A stretch of DNA of 63,843 bases, the filler included, from Octopus bimaculoides (Eukaryota), in the NCBI RefSeq assembly GCF_001194135.2. It is 7 parts of 7 records of this genome, joined end to end, with 100 filler letters (N's around TTAATTAATTAA, not from the genome) between each part and the next. Parts side by side here need not be neighbours in the genome. Positions count along the whole stretch, not along the records: positions 1 to 18,327 come from NC_068982.1; 6 more parts are not named here. One strand, given 5' to 3'. The notes beneath the pieces are model-generated. The model saw nothing but the letters and a program-made list of their open reading frames with translations, was not told the DNA's origin and searched no databases. Numbering within the stretch: position 1 is the stretch's first letter; every line of letters starts with the position of its first letter. This document shows positions 1 to 11,210 of the stretch, piece after piece. A program made the position numbers and the translations under genes.

Positions 1-19
1 TATATATATATATATATAT

Positions 20-1190
20 GCGATCGATAATGTTTGTATTACCAGAGTTGCTTTTAATTCGTAGCGCGCGCGAGTGTTTATTCTTAGATAAGAATATCGT
101 TGACAGTGTCTTCGATATTCGGTCAGTGAAGCCATTGTCAGTCTGCGATGCATTAGACATCAACTTGGATTTATATAGTTCTTGTTGGGTTAAAGTCTTC
201 TTTGGGTAAATGGATTTGAGTGGGATGGTAATTAGGTTTTAGTATGGGTTATTGTAGAGAGGTGTTTCGGAGAAATTTTTGTTGATTAAACTTGTTATAT
301 ATTATTGTTTAAAATTTATGTATGTATGTATGTAGAGCATTGTGAGCAAGTGTGTATTTTTAGGCGTGTCCATTTGTTAAATAGGCACAGGATGTGTTAG
401 TAGCATAGTTATTTTAGTTGATGTAAAAGTTAAAGGCAGAAAGTCCGATATTTAGAACCTTCATAACTGGGTGTGTCAAAGTTGTAATGGAAACTTTTAG
501 TGTTTCACAAAAGAATACAAGTAGGTGGTATGTTTTAGCTGGTCAGTTTCTTTACTTATTGTTATTTAGGGTGCTTCCTATTTTTATTTGTAAGGTGGTG
601 ATTATTAGGCATGTCATTGTGTTGTTGGTATTCAAAATTGTTTCTCTTCTACTTTTCTATGCTGACAACATCATGGCAACCCACACTAATAACCACTACC
701 TTCCAAATACAAATAAATGAAATGGTTTCTAACAAATATAGACGGCTGCATCCTGGGAATGTAACTAACAAAAACAAATTCATATTTTAAACTTGAGAAA
801 TGTGTTGCATAGTTTTAATGTTCTGATGAAAGAACTTATTTGTAATGCGCGAATTAGATGGTTGATTTCTTTTTCTGAGAACGCTAACCTATATCAGATT
901 ATCACTTCGGAACTTACAAAACCAAGTCCACCAATTTTTGTTGATATAAATGTGAATATATAAGTTGGAGGTTTCTATTTATGCATGCATGTATGTATGT
1001 ATGTATGTATGTATGTATGTATGTATGTATGTATGTATGAATGTATGTATGCATGTATGCATGTATGTTTGCATGCATGTATAAAACCAATAAGCGCTTA
1101 TATTTCTTCATGGATAAGAGTCGAAAAAATCCGATGTCGATAGTAAAATCCCTTAGAAAAGTTATTACATTCTCATCCACAAAAATCCTT
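20..1190 (-). mobile_element. Degenerate Penelope-like retroelement, RT region
   Basis: Minus-strand fragments with stops and frameshifts: VITFLRDFTIDIGFFRLL (~FDIxDFYPSI), NFDTPSYEGSKY (~FDVxMGSYDGAE), PNYHPTQIH (~SNHPP), NGFTDRI. Interrupted by a (TATG)n tract at ~975-1080. Confidence 0.45.
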
Positions 1191-1199
1191 TTTTACAAG

Positions 1200-1740
1200 G
1201 GAAACAGGTAAGCTAAACAAACACTAGTCAATAACGAATACTTGAGCAAGACGGGAGGCAAAACTACCAGAAATCATAGAAACAAACTTACAACATTCAG
1301 TAAAGCAGCAAACAATACATAAATTATATATAAACCAATTTCATCCTAGTTATCAGAATAAGTTAATATGGCATAAATCTCATAAACAGAACGCATGTAA
1401 CATAATCAACCATAATAAACCATAATAATATATTATAAAAATCATCAGAATTATAAATATATACTCATCATCAGAGACTACAAATATGCAAAGGATAGAC
1501 GGATCTAGTTAGTTTCATTCGCAAAACGAACTCCCTTTAATTTTGCGCTCAGATTGCTTTCAATTTTGGTGTATCAATGCAACTCTGAATTTTGACACAA
1601 AATATAACTTACAAAGTAGACATGACATTTGTAAACTTTGTGAAAGTAAACTGTTACATCAAATATATAAGCGCGGCAAATTTTTTGCCAGCAGACCAAG
1701 ATTCACAGCAAGGAATTATTATAGATACACGTAGGTTCCC
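1200..1740 (+). mobile_element. Degenerate Penelope-like element, linker and GIY-YIG region
   Basis: A-rich decayed frames: QNACNIINHNK (~NMxxIIxxHN), ILVYQCN (~NVVYQ after the Cys-rich linker), then a Y/FK..R..H-like segment. Confidence 0.35.
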
Positions 1741-4269
1741 TAGAGATGACAGCTATTAATAGTAGTGGGGGTGGGGTGGGGGGTGATCATTTCTTCATAA
1801 TTTGAACCAGGGTTGTAATTTGAATTTGACATTAAGGGAATCTGATGACAAAAATGCATAGAATTCACATATATTATTTTTTAAGTTATTACGAATTTCT
1901 GAAAGTTTCTAGTTAGTGTTAATCATGTTTGGTGCTATTTAATTCCTTTTAGATATCGTTAGCATGATATAACCTAACTTATAAATTACAGGGGAGAAAA
2001 TAATTTCTTCATCATATGAGGCTACAATGCAGCGAACAAAACATGACAGAAAGACATTAAATGGAGCGGGACCATTTGATTTTGAATTTCACTAGCAAAA
2101 GAATTGAAAAAATTATTATGGTCATTACTAAACTAGACACTAGACTTCAAATCTGGAGAGGGTTATTGAGGTATAACGGTGATAGACTTTTATTCTATAC
2201 GCTCCAGAGTGATAAAGTTGAACTTGGTAGGCTTTCATGGTAGCGAAAAAGAAACCAAGCTTTAAACTTTTGTATACAACAACCTCGCATAAACCAAGAA
2301 TAAAGGCTGGTCTTAACTTTAGATACAGCAGTGAAGATATTAGGAAAAAAATATATTCTGATCCTTGTTACCTACAAACAAATGACTGTAACACATCTAG
2401 GAGATAAAACTGAGAAAGTCTAGAAATGTTCATAGATCTTAGAACAAGTTGTGCTAAACCAAAATTAAAAGACTAATCAAGGCATGTGAAAAATTGTCAA
2501 GCGCATGCATTCACACGTATATATATATATTTAAATAGTGTTGACGTCATAAATATTTAGAAACTAATATTGATAGCATTTTTTACTTCGAGATTCACTG
2601 TTCCTAAAAGTAGTTCTGAGTGTTTGTGCGTCTGTGTGTGTGTGTATAGGAAAAAGAAAGAAATAGGACAGAATGAATAAGTAACTGACGTATCAAGAGA
2701 CAGTAAGAGATTTATATACGAATTTCTGGGTGCGAGCATGGAAGTTGGTGCCGGCGTCTTGGGGTCTATTGGAGTATTTGAGTGTAAGTGCTGGACCAAT
2801 GACTTCAGGTTTACATGTGTGTATATACATTTAGATCACTGTGTATGTGAGAATTGTGCAACAGGTACGGTCTGTATATGGCAATAAGACCCTTTACAGA
2901 GTCTATGAGTATGAGATAGTGAATGATGCACACACACACAAATACACGCACACACATATTTGCGTGTTCATGAGTGTGTATGTGTATCGTTCACTATCTC
3001 ATACACACGTATATATGTGTGTGTGTGTGTGTGTGCGTGTGTGCGTGTTCTTTCCTTTTTTCTATGTACGTATATATATATATATATATAAAGAGACAGA
3101 GAGAAAGAAAGAGCCAGAGCGAGAGATTTCAGAAAAAATTGTAAATAGTAGAAGAAAAGAACGTTCTTTTGGGTCAGTGATAGGAAGTGAGTTCTTGTTG
3201 TGGTATTTATATAAGTGTGGTAGAAGTGAGAATGGGAAATTGAGAAATAGTGAATGTATATCCATAAGGGCCGGAATATACATGCGCGTGCGGGGGTGTG
3301 TATANNNNNNNNNNNNNNNNNNNNNNNNNNNNNNNNNNNNNNNNNNNNNNNNNNNNNNNNNNNNNNNNNNNNNNNNNNNNNNNNNNNNNNNNNNNNNNNN
3401 NNNNNNNNNNNNNNNNNNNNNNNNNNNNNNNNNNNNNNNNNNNNNNNNNNNNNNNNNNNNNNNNNNNNNNNNNNNNNNNNNNNNNNNNNNNNNNNNNNNN
3501 NNNNNNNNNNNNNNNNNNNNNNNNNNNNNNNNNNNNNNNNNNNNNNNNNNNNNNNNNNNNNNNNNNNNNNNNNNNNNNNNNNNNNNNNNNNNNNNNNNNN
3601 NNNNNNNNNNNNNNNNNNNNNNNNNNNNNNNNNNNNNNNNNNNNNNNNNNNNNNNNNNNNNNNNNNNNNNNNNNNNNNNNNNNNNNNNNNNNNNNNNNNN
3701 NNNNNNNNNNNNNNNNNNNNNNNNNNNNNNNNNNNNNNNNNNNNNNNNNNNNNNNNNNNNNNNNNNNNNNNNNNNNNNNNNNNNNNNNNNNNNNNNNNNN
3801 NNNNNNNNNNNNNNNNNNNNNNNNNNNNNNNNNNNNNNNNNNNNNNNNNNNNNNNNNNNNNNNNNNNNNNNNNNNNNNNNNNNNNNNNNNNNNNNNNNNN
3901 NNNNNNNNNNNNNNNNNNNNNNNNNNNNNNNNNNNNNNNNNNNNNNNNNNNNNNNNNNNNNNNNNNNNNNNNNNNNNNNNNNNNNNNNNNNNNNNNNNNN
4001 NNNNNNNNNNNNNNNNNNNNNNNNNNNNNNNNNNNNNNNNNNNNNNNNNNNNNNNNNNNNNNNNNNNNNNNNNNNNNNNNNNNNNNNNNNNNNNNNNNNN
4101 NNNNNNNNNNNNNNNNNNNNNNNNNNNNNNNNNNNNNNNNNNNNNNNNNNNNNNNNNNNNNNNNNNNNNNNNNNNNNNNNNNNNNNNNNNNNNNNNNNNN
4201 NNNNNNNNNNNNNNNNNNNNNNNNNNNNNNNNNNNNNNNNNNNNNNNNNNNNNNNNNNATATATAATAC

Positions 4270-4470
4270 ATACATATGGTCAATTCAAATAAACGAGTAG
4301 AAAACGAAAAAAGGAAGACAACGAAAGTGAAGACGTTCACAAGAAGTATATTGGTTTGACGATCGGTGAAAGGAGCGAGTTTGCTGTTTCGAGCATAACC
4401 CTTTGTCGGAAAGGAAGAAGGGAAAAGCACAAAGAAGAAGAAGAAATCGTCAACGGCACACTTGCGTGCG
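4270..4470 (-). mobile_element. Penelope-type 3' tail or pseudo-LTR remnant with a decayed hammerhead motif
   Basis: Minus strand reads CCGACAA AGGGT TAT GCTC GAAA CAGCAAAC TC, followed by a pyrimidine-rich tail. A possible GIY-YIG C-terminal remnant (HYFSISHSH...QKNVLF) lies at ~3140-3260, across the gap. Confidence 0.3.
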
Positions 4471-4906
4471 CGCGAGTATGACTAGCAATATTTATATATA
4501 CAAAAATGTACGTATATTGAATATAAAATTTATATTTAGTTTCAGTGTGCGTATGTGTATGTGTGCGTACTTATGGCGTGTGATAATGCGAGATAGGGAG
4601 AAGATGGTGTAGATTAGGAAAAACTGGGACAGAGAGCAAATATCCCAATACAGAGATACCCCGTTCCCTTCGTGTATCTGTATGTTGGACAATGAGTTGT
4701 GATACAGACGTGACGGAGGAAATTAATAGAGAAAGGGAATGAGAGGAAGAGAGAGAAAGTTTGTGAAATATAGAGGGAAAGAGAGAGAGAGAGACAGAGA
4801 GAGAGAGAGACAGAGAGAGAGAATATGTGTTCATACAAGCATTTGATTTGACCAGAATTAATTTACGTATATCAATGAAAGTATGAACACCATACACATG
4901 CGCGCA

Positions 4907-4938
<32 letters not shown>

Positions 4939-4962
4939 CACACACATGCACGCGCGTGTACT

Positions 4963-5010
<48 letters not shown>

Positions 5011-6489
5011 CCATTTCTTCGAAATATATTTATTATTTACGAACTGTCTTCCACCTGGCCACGTTCGTTTCCTTAATTATAGTGACGGAGCCTGTGTACG
5101 TAGATATGTAGTAATACATAGATAATTGTATGTATAGAAATCTGTACGTATACATATGCATGTGAGCGGGTGTGCGTACGTGTATGTGTGCATGCGTGGA
5201 CGTTACTTTATGCGGGTCAATGAATGCTGATGTAAAATGGAGATGACCCTTAAACAGCACCTAATTTTATCATTCATTGTACTAGAAAACAAATTTCTAT
5301 ACAGCAATACATACTTAAACACACACAATTCACATACACACATGCTTACACGCACAAACACACACACATACATCCGGTTTCAATTTATACACGTATATAC
5401 GTTCACAAAGACACACATGCTCATACATACTCAAACACACATAGGTGCAAAGACACGCACGCACAGACACGTATTGTCAGACAAATGGATACACGTTCAT
5501 GAGTATATATATATAGTTGTGTGGATGTGTGGATATGTGTGTCCCTGTAGCAACGGAGCGAGGCATCAAGATTAATGAATGAATGTATGAATACATATCA
5601 GCACATTTATACAAGCGCGTATACTCAAACACAAGCACATACATACAAACATACATACATACAAACATACATACATACATACATACATACATACATACAT
5701 GCGCATATATATATANNNNNNNNNNNNNNNNNNNNNNNNNNNNNNNNNNNNNNNNNNNNNNNNNNNNNNNNNNNNNNNNNNNNNNNNNNNNNNNNNNNNN
5801 NNNNNNNNNNNNNNNNNNNNNNNNNNNNNNNNNNNNNNNNNNNNNNNNNNNNNNNNNNNNNNNNNNNNNNNNNNNNNNNNNNNNNNNNNNNNNNNNNNNN
5901 NNNNNNNNNNNNNNNNNNNNNNNNNNNNNNNNNNNNNNNNNNNNNNNNNNNNNNNNNNNNNNNNNNNNNNNNNNNNNNNNNNNNNNNNNNNNNATATATA
6001 TATATATACATATATGTGGTTTGCAAGATCCTTTATGCGAATTTGTGTGTTGAAGCATATTTTATTGTGTCTGGGGAGAGTCATTCTCTTTTAGTTCCTT
6101 AATAATTTAACACACTCACCGATCTGATTTCCACTCATTTTCTTGTTATTTTTACTAAAATTTTCATTACGACTTGCAACCTTTCCAATAGTCGTTGAAT
6201 CAAGAAAAAAATATAAATAATAAATTAGTCCTGTTTTGTAAATTGCATTGCCCATGTGCGCATGGAGTTTGTTTGGAGACAAAAGGCTTGTTATTAAAAT
6301 ATGCTTAGTCTACATCTCCAATGTATGAAACTATTAGTACCTCGTAACAATATACTGAATACATTAAATAATATCTTTCTCTCACTGAATGGAGTACTTT
6401 TTTTGTTGAGCTTGCCTTAGCGGAGAAGTAAACTCTATATACATATATATATATGCGTGTGTGTCTTTGTGTATATCTTTGTCCTCCAC

Positions 6490-6615
6490 CACCACTTGAC
6501 AAGCTGTGCTGATGTGCTTACGTCCCCATTAACTAGGGGTCTGGCAAAGAGACCGTTAGAATAAGTACCAAGTTTTAAAAAGAAATATGTACTGGGGCGA
6601 TTTGTTCTGGGTAAG
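6490..6615 (+). mobile_element. SINE family A internal fragment
   Basis: Matches the 3' body of the full copy at 32936-33317 (ttgacaa..gctgatgtgcttacgtcccc..ggcaaagagaccgttagaataagtac..ctggggcgatttg). Confidence 0.7.
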
Positions 6616-6629
6616 ACACAAAACTGCAA

Positions 6630-7097
6630 CCGGTGGTGAAGCTCCAGTTCGGGAGGACAGGAGTTATGAGGAGCGTGGAGACATCCCTTAGTTGCCATTT
6701 CTCCCAAGTCCGCTCTGGCCCGGAGTGGTAGCACCTGTTAGGGCTCCACCAATGGGTAAAAATTGGATCCTCCTCTGCTGCCCTGCAGGATGCCTCTTTA
6801 GGCTAAGGCTACGAGAAGGAACCATCAAGTCCTCAACGGTTGATCAGGCAGACGAAGCAACATCTATGTCTCTCAATGACTGTGACAGCGGAAGAAGGCT
6901 ATGCCAAGCGGGCTGGCTACAACAAGGCGTGGCCTAAAAGAACTGATCCACGGCAGCTCGCTGCAACTCACAGGTCAAAGTCAGTACGTCTCCTGCACGG
7001 TGCCACTGATAACATCCTCTTAGCCAAGTGAGTGGGCTTCCGCCTGGCAAGTGGCAGTCCACCTTAAACAAAATCATGCCATGGCATCCAGTGCTAT
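6630..7097 (+). mobile_element. GC-rich structured repeat, possibly an RTE-clade LINE 5' leader
   Basis: GC-rich island in AT-rich DNA. It ends in GTGGCAGTCCACCTTAAACAAAATCATGCC, which resembles the GGCAAACCAC...TTGCC motif of RTE 5' UTRs. Truncated by a gap. Confidence 0.35.
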
Positions 7098-7197
7098 NNN
7101 NNNNNNNNNNNNNNNNNNNNNNNNNNNNNNNNNNNNNNNNNNNNNNNNNNNNNNNNNNNNNNNNNNNNNNNNNNNNNNNNNNNNNNNNNNNNNNNNN

Positions 7198-7250
<53 letters not shown>

Positions 7251-7262
7251 TGTGTGTGTGCG

Positions 7263-7302
<40 letters not shown>

Positions 7303-7314
7303 CACACACACATG

Positions 7315-7470
7315 TATCCGACGGGATTCTTTCAGGTTCCGTTAAGCAAATCGACGTACAAGGCTTTGGTCGGCGAGGAGACAAGGTAGAAGACATTCGT
7401 CCAAGATGCCACACTGTGGGACTGAACTTGGAAGCATGTGGTTATGAAGCAAACTTCTTACCACACACAC
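7315..7470 (-). mobile_element. SINE family A, 5' half (diverged)
   Basis: Reverse complement of the tRNA-derived head and CORE-like segment of 32936-33317. Confidence 0.8.
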
Positions 7471-7782
7471 ATAGATTAACATGTGTTCATGTATGTATAT
7501 ATGAATGTATATAGATAGGAATGTAAATACAAACTACCTGGAGAGGGAGCGAATTAAAGTGATATTTCTATTTCCATAAATTGACAATAAATGTCAGAGA
7601 ATTTGAAGACAGTGTCTGCAAAGACAAATTGCAAATATAAAATACAAAACATAAAAAGGACTAATAAAGCAACAACAAAAAATATAGCTACTGAAATAAT
7701 TCACATGAACCACGAAAGATAAATGAGCTTGTATGTATGTATGTCTGTATGTATGTATGCATGTATGTATGTATGTATGCAA

Positions 7783-7915
7783 GAGAGCTTGCCCTAGTGG
7801 CTAGGGCGTTGTGCTCACAATCATGAGATCGTGATTAAGATTCCCACCTCCAGGCGATGCGTTGTGTTCTTGAGCAAAATACTTCATTTCATGTTGCTCT
7901 GTGATCACTTCAACA
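7783..7915 (+). mobile_element. tRNA-derived SINE head (family C)
   Basis: Box A-like TGCCCTAGTGG and box B-like GATTAAGATTCCC, followed by a CORE-like GTTGTGTTCTTGAGCAAAATACTT. Confidence 0.6.
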
Positions 7916-7932
7916 TAGTATCATTTTCCAGA

Positions 7933-8489
7933 TATCGATTGCTATTTCCAGCAAACATTGGTTCCTTGTTATGTCGCATTTTCCTATTTAAATTCTGTCT
8001 TTACGGTGCTTTTAGCTGGAAAATAATACTATTGTATTTGCAGTAATATTTATAATTTTTATATAAAAAATTTTCACTGATCTTGGTTCTGTCTACAGTT
8101 AGGCGTTAAACCGAATATACTAGCATTGATGAAACGGATATTTTAAAATTTCGACATTCGTTGAATCTAGCTGACGAGGACTAACCGAATTTACAGTAAT
8201 AGGCGTATTAGGAAAGTTCGAGACTGGAGTACTAGATTATCCATTGTAGATTGTCCATCTATCCGGTATTCTTCCTAGAGGTAAAACGAAAATTTTTATA
8301 TTCACTGCCCGCACATATCTTTGCCAGTGTACATTCAGTGAAGCTTTACATAGCGTGGTACGGTTATCGACTGCTATTTTTAGCAAACATTGCCACATTT
8401 AGCCACATTTTCCTATTTAAATTCTACCTTTACGGTGCTTTATTTAGCTGGAAAATAATAGTATTGCATTGCAATAATATTTATAATTT
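7933..8489. repeat. ~125-bp direct repeat pair (7933-8059 and 8365-8489), period ~432 bp
   Basis: Both copies share tatcga(t/c)tgctattt..agcaaacattg..cattttcctatttaaattct..ctttacggtgct..ttagctggaaaataata.tattg.att.gca.taatatttataattt. Confidence 0.9.
8164..8238 (+). ncRNA. Type I hammerhead-ribozyme-like motif (imperfect)
   Basis: AATCTAG-CTGACGA-[34 nt]-GAAA-[gttcgagactggag]-TA-CTAGATT. Perfect 7-bp stem I in correct register and a GUA triplet. Stems II and III are imperfect. Confidence 0.45.
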
Positions 8490-8827
8490 ATATTTATATA
8501 TGTATGCATGCATGTATGTTTGTATGTATGTGTGTATGTATGTATATACCCGTGTGGACCATTTACATTCTCGCTAATCACTTCACCATGAACGCATTAT
8601 TCAAAATACTACCAAAATACTGCCTGGATTTACCTGGAATTATACCTAAGGACCTATACCTTCACCGAAGTACAGACAAACCTCCATACACCCTGGTAAA
8701 AGATGAGCTGTGAACTTCATTCTCCTGTCTGTATTCTTCTATCTACTTAACTCTTTATTCTTCTGTTTTATTTCTTATAAACTGTCTAGAACTTTTCCTG
8801 TCTATATTTTTCATACATACTAATCTT

Positions 8828-8895
8828 GTCTCTGATGACGGTATAGGCAGTGTACGGACATGATAGCCTATCACTTGGGATATCCCAGAAAAGAC
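8828..8895 (+). ncRNA. Hammerhead relic lacking stem III and the cleavage triplet
   Basis: GTCT-CTGATGA-[structured insert: ATAGGC/GCCTAT, TGGGATATCCCA]-GAAA-AGAC, followed by AATAAAA. Confidence 0.3.
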
Positions 8896-9093
8896 TTCAA
8901 ATTTACCCTAATAAAAATTATTCTATATGATTTCAGATACTCCTCCTGCCTTGGTTTTTGTTGTATTTCCCCCCTAATATCATATATATAAAATCAAAAT
9001 AAGCAACAGGATTTCAAGTAGTAATGTAGTACGACCGTTTCAAGGGAATCCATTTAATTGAACAATGCAATCATTACATCATTACATCCTGTG

Positions 9094-9148
<55 letters not shown>

Positions 9149-9939
9149 CAGTAGTAGTAATGGTAGTGGTGGTGGTGGTGGTGGTGGTAGCAATTGCAGC
9201 AGATTCCCTTCCCTACCTTTTGTACAGTCTAGAATAGATGATGTCTGCATATAAGATTGAAAACAGATAAATACCTTTGTGGCCTGAATTCTCTTTTCTT
9301 TTTTCTTTTCTTTTGTTCACCGGGTTACTGATTGCATGGATATATTTTGAAACTGAAGACAGATTTACGTAGGTTAAATGTAGGTATGTCGAGGAAATGT
9401 ACTCAATATACAGGGTCTAGATACCTAGAAATTTTCTGAAACGATAACAGTAAATAAATATATAAATAAATATAATACAACTAATAAATTAAAGGAGTGT
9501 GGAGTTCACAAACAATAGGAAAATATCAAGAGGATTTACATACCAAGTATTGAAATGAATAAGAAAGATCTATCCAAAATTATGGTAGGGCTGGTTTTAA
9601 ATGAAACTAATACAACATGACAGGATCAGGTAACCTATTTTAAAGACCCATAAAATATGAAGTCTATAAATTTAATGCGATACAGGAAAAAGGCGACATT
9701 TTATCTAAAAGAGTCTAAATGATATACGTATGCTTTGTGTGAAATAAGATGTGTTAGTTCTAGTTATTTATTATACAACTATGTAAGTTACAACGATATC
9801 AGTTTTGTTGGAGATATTAAATCCCCTTCAGAGAAAACGATATTGAGTCAGTTTTCTGGTAAAGTTGTTTATTTGATACAAATTTCTATTGTATTTTTAC
9901 CAAAGGAAGACAAAAAGAAATGAAGATAATCTTAATCTT

Positions 9940-10335
9940 TTATCTTTTACTTTTACATGCTTCAGTCACTGGACTGTGACTATGATGGGGCACCGTCTTG
10001 AAGGGTTTAGTCAACAAATCGACCACAGGATTTATTTTCAGTCTCTTTTTGCTGAACTACTATGTTACAGAGACGTAAAGAAAAAAAAAACAATACTGGT
10101 TGTCAAGCCGTTATGAGGACAAGTACAAAGGCATATACACATGCGTGCCCGCGCATGCACATAGATGTACGCCCACATATATGGTGGGCTTCTCTCAGTT
10201 TCTATCGAGGGTCTCCACTTACAAGGCTTTGGTCAGCCCGGGACTATTGTAGAAAACACTTGCCCAGAGGGCCACGCAGTAGGATCGAACCCGAAACTAC
10301 GAAACTAAGAACTAAACTTGTTACCACAGCCATTT
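9940..10335 (-). mobile_element. SINE family A, diverged near-full copy
   Basis: Tail (tcttttacttttacatgcttcagtcactggactgtg...ggggcacc) through to the head on the minus strand. Confidence 0.75.
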
Positions 10336-10349
10336 CTGCACTGTTAGGC

Positions 10350-10650
10350 AGTTAGGTGGCGGGCAGTGAGAATCGTTAGCACGGCCGGCTAAATGCTCCG
10401 CGGCATTTCGTTCGTCTTTTCGTAGTGGGTTCAAATGCCGTCTGGTCGACATTACTTTTCACCCTTTTGGGGTCGATAAAATAAGTGCTAGTTGAACAGT
10501 AGTGTTGCTGCAATCGACTTATCCCCTCCTCCGAAAGAATGAAAGACAAAGTCGACCTCGATGGAATTTGAACTCAGAGCGTAAAGGCGGCCGAAATGCC
10601 GCTGAGCATTTTGCCCGGCGTGCTAACGATCCTGCCAACTCGCTGCCTTT
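10350..10650. mobile_element. Two SINE family B (Meta-domain-like) copies in inverted, tail-to-tail orientation
   Basis: + copy ~10350-10535 and - copy ~10535-10650. Both carry the gaatcgttagcac..aaatgct.agcggcatttcg..gagttcaaat..gaggtcgactttg consensus. Confidence 0.8.
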
Positions 10651-10864
10651 ACACCAATTAGAATATTAGCTGATATTTTCTATATGGAGTTTCGTTTTTA
10701 AATTAACAATGATAAAACTGTGAGAAATTAGAAATGACCCAAGAACCAAATAAGATGCATAGATTAGGCTAAAGTGAAATACTTACTGTTAATTTGGACC
10801 AACATATAAATTCACAGATAATGTTTCACTGTGCAAAACTAACGTATTCAAATTATTTTCTTCA

Positions 10865-11210
10865 CTGGAACAGCCTTTGGTGTGTTTAGTCGAACAAATC
10901 GACCCCAGTACTTATTTTTGAGTGTGATACTTATTTTATTGGACTCTTTTGCCGAGCCTCTAGGCTCCGGGAACGTCAGAAAACCAACATCAGTTGTGAA
11001 GTGGTGGAGGCGCAAACAAGACGTGTACATACGCGTGCACACATACGTGGATATACGACGGGTATCTGTGCAGTTTCAGTCTATCATATTTACTAACAAT
11101 ACATTGGTTGACCTGGAGCTATAGCAGAAATCACATGCCCATGTGTGCACAGCGGAAGTGAAGTCGAAATCACGTGGTTGCAAAGCGAGTTTCTTAACCA
11201 CACAACCATA
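10865..11210 (-). mobile_element. SINE family A, diverged
   Basis: gtcgaacaaatcgaccccagtacttatt...ggagctatagcagaa...ttcttaaccacacaacc. Confidence 0.7.
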
